A stretch of 55,199 nucleotides of DNA from a virus. Lineage: Duplodnaviria; Heunggongvirae; Uroviricota; Caudoviricetes. Positions 16,427 through 23,023 of the stretch are shown one piece after another. The position numbers and the translations under genes were made by a program. The stretch lies in the IMG/VR virus record IMGVR_UViG_3300037466_000352; one strand, written 5' to 3'. The notes beneath the pieces were generated by a model. That model saw only the letters and a program-made list of their open reading frames with translations. It made no database searches and was not told where the DNA came from. Every line of letters begins with the position of its first letter. Within the stretch, counting starts at the first letter, position 1.

Positions 16427-16602
16427 TCTTCGAAGGGCATGAAACACCCTTCCGTCCACCACTTGTAGTCGTATTCAAGCTGGTAGCGAACGTCAAACAT
16501 GTTCGCATCCACCTTCCCAATGCGAAACGGCGGCATCCCCGGTTGCGTTCGATGTGCAAACGCAACTTCGTCGCCGACTTTGAAACGCGGCTCAACGATC
16601 AT
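16411..16602 (-). CDS. Small SH3/KOW-like hypothetical protein (63 aa)
   Basis: PRFKVGDEV..., beta-rich. Confidence 0.65.
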   Translation of the reverse strand: MIVEPRFKVGDEVAFAHRTQPGMPPFRIGKVDANMFDVRYQLEYDYKWWTEGCFMPFEEWKKL

Positions 16603-16807
16603 TCCAGTAGTTGCCAGTGCGCGAGTTAATTTGTTTCGTTATCGTGCGATTGCACACTGGACATTCAATGGACAGGTAGTCGCCGTCACGTTGGTCACTC
16701 TGGTATTTCGCTTCACCTTGCTTGAATCGAATCTTGGTCTGGCATGTGATGCACGTTGCTTCGTGCGTGCGTTCTGATGGCGGGATTCCGCGATGCAGGA
16801 TTTCCAT
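16592..16807 (-). CDS. Zinc-ribbon protein (CxxC...CxxC; 71 aa)
   Basis: TCITCQT...IECPVCN. Confidence 0.75.
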   Translation of the reverse strand: MEILHRGIPPSERTHEATCITCQTKIRFKQGEAKYQSDQRDGDYLSIECPVCNRTITKQINSRTGNYWNDR

Positions 16808-16832
16808 TACCGGTACTCGTATTGTGTGGAAT

Positions 16833-17051
16833 TCATTTTCCGAATATGCGTTTGATTTTGTCGTCTAAGAGTTTGTCAAGCCTCTCATAGTCACCTTGGA
16901 CGAAGTTGACTAGAAGATCACGTGCTACCCAATAACGAATCGCGTCCTGTTCAAGATCGGGATACCGACCTGTCGCATCTCGATTGTTGAGACGTTCACC
17001 CATCATCACGATCAGGTCGTGCGGTGTCAGTTGCTTGAATTCGGTTGTCAA
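16833..17051 (-). CDS. Hypothetical protein (72 aa)
   Basis: Compact ORF within the cluster. Confidence 0.7.
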   Translation of the reverse strand: MTTEFKQLTPHDLIVMMGERLNNRDATGRYPDLEQDAIRYWVARDLLVNFVQGDYERLDKLLDDKIKRIFGK

Positions 17052-17513
17052 TTAGGGTTCCACATTGAATGTGTAGGTGATGTCTTCCAGGTGCGCGGTC
17101 AGCTTCTTTGCCTTAACGCAATCGGTCATACGTGACCACGAATGGCAGTTGCCCTTCAGCGTCGTACCTTCGACATCGAAGTAGAAACCCCAACGCGCCA
17201 AGTCCCAAGATTGACCGCGATAGCCGCCTTTCTGGTTCCAGAATCGGATGTTGTAAATCTTCGCTCCGAGTTCTTCTTCGATTGCGGCGGTCGCCATTGC
17301 GATGACCTTCTTCGCAATGACACCTTCGCCTTCGGCCTTGTGGCGCTTGCGCCGTGTGCCGGTGATGCCGTCCATAATGCTATCCATCTTGCCGATCACA
17401 CCGGCATAGCAGTCGTAATGGTCCAGACTGATTCCGTGGATGCCTTCATCGCAATAGACGGGCTTACCGCAATATGAACACGCAGCCTTAGCCAATTCTC
17501 GATCTGAATTCAC
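17052..17513 (-). CDS. Hypothetical protein with N-terminal CxxC/H/C metal site (153 aa)
   Basis: CSYCGKPVYC...HYDC; GTGA coupling. Confidence 0.75.
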   Translation of the reverse strand: MNSDRELAKAACSYCGKPVYCDEGIHGISLDHYDCYAGVIGKMDSIMDGITGTRRKRHKAEGEGVIAKKVIAMATAAIEEELGAKIYNIRFWNQKGGYRGQSWDLARWGFYFDVEGTTLKGNCHSWSRMTDCVKAKKLTAHLEDITYTFNVEP

Positions 17514-17701
17514 GTCTTTGCGCTTCCTACGTCAACGTAGAAAACTCGACGTTCGGCTTTCGTTTGCGCGAGCATCGTTTCGGACTTCATGATGGCCTTC
17601 AGCGTAGCCAGTTCGCATGGCTGAACACCAATCCCGCACTCGCCTGCTTCGAACCGTTTGGCGGTATCGATCAGGTAGTCGATGTATTCTTCTGCGTTCA
17701 T
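17510..17701 (-). CDS. Hypothetical protein (63 aa, MNAEEYIDYL...)
   Basis: ATGA coupling at 17698-17701. Confidence 0.7.
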   Translation of the reverse strand: MNAEEYIDYLIDTAKRFEAGECGIGVQPCELATLKAIMKSETMLAQTKAERRVFYVDVGSAKT

Positions 17702-18024
17702 TTTTCGGTGATGTTGAGTATTTCGAGCACCCATTGCAGCACTTCGCGACGGGTAACGAGTTCGATCACGGCTTCGTCTCCAATTCGTGGAAACTGCGCT
17801 TCAGACCAATCGCGGCGTTTGACTGCACCATGAACCCGATGAAATTCGTTCAGGAACAGTTCCGCAACGTCATGTGGACAATCAGCCGTGGCGATGACCG
17901 GTGATTGCTGTTGAAGCAGTTCATCGAGCTTCTTCAGCGCACGGTCAGCACGCACGGCGATATGTATGATGGATGTGTCCGTGAGGATGTCGCGGACCTG
18001 TTCGATGTCTTTGTTCTGGATCAT
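17698..18024 (-). CDS. Hypothetical protein (108 aa)
   Basis: ATGA coupling. Confidence 0.75.
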   Translation of the reverse strand: MIQNKDIEQVRDILTDTSIIHIAVRADRALKKLDELLQQQSPVIATADCPHDVAELFLNEFHRVHGAVKRRDWSEAQFPRIGDEAVIELVTRREVLQWVLEILNITEK

Positions 18025-18221
18025 ACGATGGCGATTTCCGGCTTGTCGCTGACCCAGAACCCGACTTCAGCGGCAAGTTCCTTCGGCGTGCGATTGTCGT
18101 TCTTGTAGGCGCACTCGATCTTCAGATGTTCCTTCGTCGCGGATGCCGCAATAGGAATATCTATAGCGATGTCGAAGTCGCCGAACTGCCGACGATACAG
18201 AATGTAGTGGGTCTTCTTCAT
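18021..18221 (-). CDS. Hypothetical protein (66 aa, MKKTHYILY...)
   Basis: True start at the ATGA overlap 18218-18221. Confidence 0.7.
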   Translation of the reverse strand: MKKTHYILYRRQFGDFDIAIDIPIAASATKEHLKIECAYKNDNRTPKELAAEVGFWVSDKPEIAIV

Positions 18222-18382
18222 GCGATGTTGTAGAGATGCCGGGCAGCGTTCGCACCATCGACCCAATCGACCAAATCCTGGCCGGTGTAGTTCGAAGGCG
18301 TATCTGCTGGCGTGCCCTGGTTGAAGTGCTCGATGACGGCGTTATAGCCTTCCATCCATGCGTTGCTGTGAATTTTGAACAT
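18218..18382 (-). CDS. Small early protein (54 aa, MFKIHSNAWMEGYNA...DWVDGANAARHLYNIA), not in the ORF track
   Basis: TAGGAG RBS after a strong promoter; translated by hand. The W.EGY...W..G pattern is loosely reminiscent of Rmf-like repeats. Confidence 0.7.
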   Translation of the reverse strand: MFKIHSNAWMEGYNAVIEHFNQGTPADTPSNYTGQDLVDWVDGANAARHLYNIA

Positions 18383-18411
18383 ATTCAAATCTCCTAGTTG
18401 ACAGTACGGCT

Positions 18412-18441
18412 ATTATATCCGACTTTGGGACGTACTGTCAA
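18412..18441 (-). promoter_or_regulatory. Early sigma70 promoter inside an 11-bp inverted repeat
   Basis: TTGACA (18441-18436), 18 nt, TATAAT (18417-18412); TTGACAGTACG 18398-18408 / CGTACTGTCAA 18431-18441. Confidence 0.8.
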
Positions 18442-18456
18442 GTGTTCCCAACCTTG

Positions 18457-18762
18457 TCAGAACAGCGACTTCTCTACTTGACGATCTGCTGCGTCGCATA
18501 CCACAAAGTACGGCATGTCGTCAATCCACACGTCGATACTGATTCCTTGCCGCCACATGAAATCCTTCTTGGCTTGACGGTTCGTGAAGTAGAAGCCGTC
18601 AACCTTACCGGTAAGGTCGTGGAAGACCTGTGCGGCCTCTGTAGTGCTGCGCATGGTCACAAGGTACACCTTATGTCCACGGACCCGTGCAGCGCTCAGA
18701 AACGTGTCCCAGAAGGCCGGGTCACGGGTGTACGTTTCGTCGTAGTCGAAGCTGATATTCAT
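18457..18762 (-). CDS. Minimal HAD-superfamily phosphatase-like protein (101 aa)
   Basis: FDYDET (DxDxT), VTMR, KK, WIDD motifs I-IV. Confidence 0.7.
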   Translation of the reverse strand: MNISFDYDETYTRDPAFWDTFLSAARVRGHKVYLVTMRSTTEAAQVFHDLTGKVDGFYFTNRQAKKDFMWRQGISIDVWIDDMPYFVVCDAADRQVEKSLF

Positions 18763-19025
18763 AGCACTGCGTCTCGCCAGTCTTGGGTGAGGGTGAACAT
18801 CTCGAAGAGTTCTTCGAGTCTGAATGAAGCGTTCTTTCGACCATCCGGTGATTCAAGAACGACCTTGAAGTCCTTCAGCCATCGGTATTCTTCGCGAAGT
18901 TGTGTGAAGCGACGTTTGCGCCGCAACTCTTCGATCTTTCGTTCGTTCTCTTGTCGTTCGACCTCGGTCTTATCGAGAACACGGTACTCAATCGCTTCCA
19001 ATGCGGTCATGCCTGGATGACTCAT
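18759..19025 (-). CDS. Hypothetical protein (88 aa)
   Basis: ATGA coupling. Confidence 0.7.
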   Translation of the reverse strand: MSHPGMTALEAIEYRVLDKTEVERQENERKIEELRRKRRFTQLREEYRWLKDFKVVLESPDGRKNASFRLEELFEMFTLTQDWRDAVL

Positions 19026-19237
19026 CGTTCCGCGTCCTCAAACCACATACCCGACCGCAACTCTTCGAGTGCGACATCTTCTTCGTAAAGCAATTGCTCG
19101 GGTGTCTTATCGGGGCCGATGTCTTCCAACAACTGTGGCCTCTTCTTACCGAAGATACGGTCATAGTTGTCTCGGTATGCGTCTGACGTGGACTTCGTTG
19201 CGATCTGGTCGCCAGTGATTTCGTTGCGTGCGATCAT
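19022..19237 (-). CDS. Small phage protein (71 aa, MIARNEITGDQIATK..DAYRDNYDRIFG)
   Basis: Start at the ATGA overlap 19234-19237; the TGD.I..K...Y..NYDRIF motif is familiar from T4-like phages. Confidence 0.7.
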   Translation of the reverse strand: MIARNEITGDQIATKSTSDAYRDNYDRIFGKKRPQLLEDIGPDKTPEQLLYEEDVALEELRSGMWFEDAER

Positions 19238-19350
19238 AGGAAAAAGTAGTGAATCATCGCCATCGCGGCGACAGCGGCAACCAGGACGATTACAGGAATC
19301 GGGTCGCGGGGGTCTGGCGGCAGGATACATGTGTCGAAGAGTGCGTTCAT
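19234..19350 (-). CDS. Small membrane protein (38 aa)
   Basis: ATGA coupling on both sides; hydrophobic PIPVIVLVAAVAAMAMIHYFFL. Confidence 0.55.
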   Translation of the reverse strand: MNALFDTCILPPDPRDPIPVIVLVAAVAAMAMIHYFFL

Positions 19351-19664
19351 GCTTCTGTCGTCTCTACGAACTCGACCGGCATCGGAAACAACAGGTCTTC
19401 GACCTTCTTCTTGACCCAATCGTCGTCTTCCTTTCGGCGCAGTTCGTTCTCTTTTGCGACTGGCGTGAACCCATCACGGAACTTCACGCGGTATGCGAAA
19501 GGTAGAATCGCCCAACTGCCGTTGGCGGTGTTTAGTGTCTGATTCACCAGAACACCTATCACGGTGCATTCTTCGCCGTTGTATCTAAAGGTGTTGTCAT
19601 CTATGGTGAACGTCGGGTCGTTGTAGGCGATGCAGATGTCACCTATTTTGAACTTCGGTTTCAT
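19347..19664 (-). CDS. SH3-like hypothetical protein (105 aa)
   Basis: KFKIGD...CTVIG...YRVKF.DG...KENEL. Confidence 0.7.
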   Translation of the reverse strand: MKPKFKIGDICIAYNDPTFTIDDNTFRYNGEECTVIGVLVNQTLNTANGSWAILPFAYRVKFRDGFTPVAKENELRRKEDDDWVKKKVEDLLFPMPVEFVETTEA

Positions 19665-20071
19665 AGGTTCAGTTCGTAATTGAACGATTCCGAGATGACT
19701 ACGGCTGTGTGGCCGTAGTACCCGTTGTGTTCGTTATAGGCGACGAGTTGCATCGTTCCCTTCGATGTGCTGAAGTTCACAAACATACATGCGTCCACAC
19801 TGGTCAAGCCTTGTTCTTCGATGGACTGAACGTCCAATGCTGTATCCACCGTTGCTACCTGAACCAGATGCGCGCCGATGTACTCGGACAGGTCATCATT
19901 GGTCGTCAAATAGCCATAGTTCTCGCAGCATGATTGGCCGCTGCTGATACCAACCTTGAACGTTTGGTTCTCAGTCGTGACGATATAGCCTTCGAACCAC
20001 TCTTCGCCACGCCAGCCAGGACAATTCCTCGAAAACGAACATTCTTCGATACTGATAATCTTTTCGTACAT
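19661..20071 (-). CDS. Hypothetical phage protein with SCCE motif (136 aa)
   Basis: QSCCENYGY...YNEHNGYYG; probable start ATG 20071. Confidence 0.75.
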   Translation of the reverse strand: MYEKIISIEECSFSRNCPGWRGEEWFEGYIVTTENQTFKVGISSGQSCCENYGYLTTNDDLSEYIGAHLVQVATVDTALDVQSIEEQGLTSVDACMFVNFSTSKGTMQLVAYNEHNGYYGHTAVVISESFNYELNL

Positions 20072-20099
20072 CTTTGCCTTTGGTTTCGGTTTTGTGTAT

Positions 20100-20327
20100 C
20101 TACCGTTTTGGCGGATATTCGAGCGCTTCATATACACGGAATTCTTCTTTAGGGTTCAACGCTTCGGCGTAGTCCTTCAGAGACTTTGCGTCCTTGATCG
20201 ATTCGCACGGATCATCGAAGATCGGTTTCCAACCGTCCCCGGTCAAACGTTCGACATTCCATCCGAGATGGTTCGTTGCGACAGGAAAGTTCTCTTCGTT
20301 GAATACCGTGTTCATGAATTGCCTCAA
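20100..20327 (-). CDS. Hypothetical protein (75 aa)
   Basis: ATGA coupling. Confidence 0.7.
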   Translation of the reverse strand: MRQFMNTVFNEENFPVATNHLGWNVERLTGDGWKPIFDDPCESIKDAKSLKDYAEALNPKEEFRVYEALEYPPKR

Positions 20328-20716
20328 TTGGTTGCGGGAAGACGTTCGATGGGCTTCGTGCCGAACTCGTACGTTTCCACGTGGCCGTCATAGAAATGCA
20401 GCTTGCAGTACGTGCGCATCGAGAACCCGCTCAACGCGTCATGGTCGTAGATATGCGACCCATAGATCATTGGCTGATCCTTGCCGTCGTATTCGCTCAC
20501 TTCATACCAACGCTCGCCGCAACACGGGCAATAGCTGGTATCGAAGAAATCGAACCCGATCCGATTCGCTTCATCCGCACTTGCTGCTTGAATGAAGACG
20601 AACGGACCTTGGTTATCGTCTTCGACGAAATATCCGCCGCTGTTATTCTGCGAAAAGCAATACCAATTCAGTCGCACCGTAGCAACATTCCCGTCTAGGG
20701 AAATGACTTCATTCAT
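20324..20716 (-). CDS. Hypothetical phage protein with QNNSGG and CPCCGERW motifs (130 aa)
   Basis: Motifs visible in the translation; ATGA coupling. Confidence 0.75.
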   Translation of the reverse strand: MNEVISLDGNVATVRLNWYCFSQNNSGGYFVEDDNQGPFVFIQAASADEANRIGFDFFDTSYCPCCGERWYEVSEYDGKDQPMIYGSHIYDHDALSGFSMRTYCKLHFYDGHVETYEFGTKPIERLPATN

Positions 20717-20895
20717 TTCTTTTCCTGTAGTCGTTGTACTTCGATCAAATCACGGACCTTAGCATCTATCCAGATCGCACTAAAATCACCAGGACCATGA
20801 GACGGTACACGGACCTCGACTTGAAGAATCAGCTTACCAAGCCAATTTTGTCTGTAGTTCGTGCGACCGGTATAATCAATTTGGTGAAGGGTCAT
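20713..20895 (-). CDS. Hypothetical protein (60 aa)
   Basis: ATGA coupling at the 3' end. Confidence 0.65.
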   Translation of the reverse strand: MTLHQIDYTGRTNYRQNWLGKLILQVEVRVPSHGPGDFSAIWIDAKVRDLIEVQRLQEKK

Positions 20896-21283
20896 CTATC
20901 TGTAATCCCAAGATGCGTGCTGCTTCCAATACCTGTTCGGTAGTAACGTCTTTTGGCGCTGCCCAAGTCTTCTGTACTTGGTCACGAAATGACCACCACA
21001 CACGTTCCAACCGCCGCTCTGCGTAATACTGTGCATCGTCCAGATACATTCGCCGACGATAGTTTGCTTCGCCCTTCTCGTACCCGTCTTCGATGCTGAA
21101 CTGCGCGTCATCCCATACTCGATCCGGTTCACCGATGGTCAAGTACAGACGACCCACTTTCTTGACGATGCGATAGTCCAGCGATACTTCTGTCTGGTTG
21201 CCACGTCGATACGACGTACGCGTGACCCATACCTGATCGCCGACCAACAAGTGGTCAAACTTGCGTTTCTTCTTTTCTACCAT
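20876..21283 (-). CDS. Hypothetical beta-barrel/SH3-like protein (135 aa)
   Basis: LLVGDQVWV...VKKVGRLYLTI. Confidence 0.75.
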   Translation of the reverse strand: MVEKKKRKFDHLLVGDQVWVTRTSYRRGNQTEVSLDYRIVKKVGRLYLTIGEPDRVWDDAQFSIEDGYEKGEANYRRRMYLDDAQYYAERRLERVWWSFRDQVQKTWAAPKDVTTEQVLEAARILGLQIDDPSPN

Positions 21284-21474
21284 CGCTTCACCTGTATCTC
21301 ATGACCGCACGGTGGACACTCGATGACATGCACCAAGTCATAGTCGCCTGTGTAGTCGTAGTGTTTTCGTTCCTGAATGTCGTTCGGTACATATTGTAGC
21401 GTAGAACCACATTTGGGGCAAATGATTTCTTTGACCACACTTGGGTGAGGCGTCGTGCTGATGACTTTAACCAA
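21277..21474 (-). CDS. Zinc-ribbon protein (65 aa; TTG start)
   Basis: ICPKCGS...IECPPCG; similar layout to 16592..16807. Confidence 0.7.
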   Translation of the reverse strand: MVKVISTTPHPSVVKEIICPKCGSTLQYVPNDIQERKHYDYTGDYDLVHVIECPPCGHEIQVKRW

Positions 21475-21970
21475 ATTGCACCATTTCCGGTTGTTTCTTG
21501 ATCGTGCAGGGCACGTAATCCATCAAGTCGCTCGTCTTGACCTCGATGGTGCGAATGGGTCGATTGTTCTTCGACTTGCACCAGTTGCTTTCACCGAAGG
21601 GCAAGAACGTGTTCAGTCGAATCTGCTGTACGCCGTCACGGAACTCGCTGTAGATCATCACAGCCATGTCGTTGAACTTCACGAACACGTCGATGTCGCT
21701 GAACAGTGCGTCCCCGCGCTTCTCGAAGACGTAGCTGAGAAGCTTGAACATGAAGAGTCGATCTTCACGTTTGCTGAAGTTGCGATCAACCAACCTCTCG
21801 GGAAAGTGTTTCGAGATGAATACCCGTGCATGTTTGTTGTAGCGCATATCCAGAATCTTCGACAGCAATCCGGCAAAGCGCGAGTAGTCGCGTGCCAGTT
21901 CGTTGACTTTGGCCCGTTTCACCAAGCCTTCTGTGGAACAGGTCTGGGATGTCGTCTCTTGTTGCATCAT
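21467..21970 (-). CDS. Putative RegB-like (RelE-fold) endoribonuclease
   Basis: FISKHFPERLVDR resembles T4 RegB YSQHLLDRAIQR; similar size. Family call is tentative. Confidence 0.45.
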   Translation of the reverse strand: MMQQETTSQTCSTEGLVKRAKVNELARDYSRFAGLLSKILDMRYNKHARVFISKHFPERLVDRNFSKREDRLFMFKLLSYVFEKRGDALFSDIDVFVKFNDMAVMIYSEFRDGVQQIRLNTFLPFGESNWCKSKNNRPIRTIEVKTSDLMDYVPCTIKKQPEMVQFG

Positions 21971-22038
21971 GATTTCTACTTCCTCTAGTTTCTCTACTCG
22001 TTTTACATGACCACACTTGGGTTAAGTTACGAGTACGC

Positions 22039-22067
22039 ATAGTACACCAACACGCATGGGAATGCAA
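22039..22067 (-). promoter_or_regulatory. Sigma70-type promoter upstream of the RegB-like gene
   Basis: TTGCAT (22067-22062), 17 nt, TACTAT (22044-22039). Confidence 0.65.
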
Positions 22068-22120
22068 CAACTTTGTCGATTGTGTTCGGGAAGGAACAGA
22101 CGCGGGGAAAGGAACCCGGC

Positions 22121-22149
22121 GCTATACCACAGCGCCGGTGGTCTGTCAA
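22121..22149 (-). promoter_or_regulatory. Second upstream sigma70-type promoter, with a hairpin over the -10
   Basis: TTGACA (22149-22144), 17 nt, TGG-TATAGC (22126-22121); CCGGCGCT/AGCGCCGG inverted repeat 22116-22138. Confidence 0.6.
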
Positions 22150-22215
22150 GAGGATGTACAACTAGGATATACCCGGATTTTGTTGGAAGCCTTTGCCGAG
22201 TAAGGTCAGATCATA

Positions 22216-22461
22216 CTACGTTGCACTTCGAAGAAGATTGATGGCCTGCTGCGCAGTCGGTACAGGGGAACCGCTGCGCAGTTCTTTTATATGACCTTCC
22301 AACCTGTCCGCTGCTTCATCGTGGCACGCCGCTGCGCGCCGGTACAGTCTCGCCATAAATATCTTCCCATCTTCCTCGGCGAGTGAGGCGAATTCCCTGA
22401 AAACCTTCGCGTTTCTCTGGTGGTCGCGAGCACGCGATTCTAGGGCGCTGATAAGGGTCAT
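22216..22461 (-). CDS. Hypothetical helical protein (81 aa, MTLISALESRARDH...)
   Basis: GGAGG RBS before ATG 22461; the longer 22722 start overlaps gp25 and is rejected. Confidence 0.7.
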   Translation of the reverse strand: MTLISALESRARDHQRNAKVFREFASLAEEDGKIFMARLYRRAAACHDEAADRLEGHIKELRSGSPVPTAQQAINLLRSAT

Positions 22462-22604
22462 GTAAAGTCCTCCAATAAATATTGACGTACTTTCCAGGTC
22501 CAACGACAGCACCCGAAGCGTATCATACGAAAAATGGCGAAGCAAGAAAATTTTACCTTGCTTCGCCCGTCTGCGCTTGTGCATTGTTGGTGATCCCACT
22601 AAAA

Positions 22605-22611
22605 CTAAATA
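22605..22611 (+). promoter_or_regulatory. Late promoter (CTAAATA) for the gp25-gp6-gp7-gp8-fibre operon
   Basis: CTAAATATTGGAT, the same 13-mer as at 6255. Confidence 0.8.
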
Positions 22612-22618
22612 TTGGATC

Positions 22619-23023
22619 ATGACAATCACTGTATCCACTACCAACCGCGTTTTTCGTGATTTGGATTTGCTCTTCGCTGCAAACCCCATCACTGGCGATG
22701 TCTCGATGAAATACGATGACAACGCGGTGAAGCAATCAGTGAAGAATCTGATCCAAATGCGACCATACGAGTCGCCTTTCCATCCCGAAATCTCAAGTCA
22801 GGTCTACAACCTTCTGTTCGAACTATCGACGCCAGTAACGGCAGAACTGATTAGGACATCGATTATTCAAGTCCTCACCAAGTTCGAACCACGGTTGGAC
22901 ACTTTCGACGTAACCGTTACAGATCAAAGCGACAAGAACGCATACCTAATCACGGTCGAATTCATCATCAAGGGTTCTGACCAGTCGGTGACGGTAAATA
23001 CCTTGCTTTACAGGACACGCTAA
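22619..23023 (+). CDS. gp25: Baseplate wedge subunit / sheath initiator
   Basis: FRDLDL.F..NP.TGD, AVKQSVKNL...PYE.PF.P, FEPR motifs. Confidence 0.92.
   Translation: MTITVSTTNRVFRDLDLLFAANPITGDVSMKYDDNAVKQSVKNLIQMRPYESPFHPEISSQVYNLLFELSTPVTAELIRTSIIQVLTKFEPRLDTFDVTVTDQSDKNAYLITVEFIIKGSDQSVTVNTLLYRTR

Noticed and set aside
22462-22722. Upstream extension making 22216..22722 a 168-aa gene
   Set aside because: It overlaps gp25 and its late promoter on the other strand. A strong GGAGG RBS supports the start at 22461.
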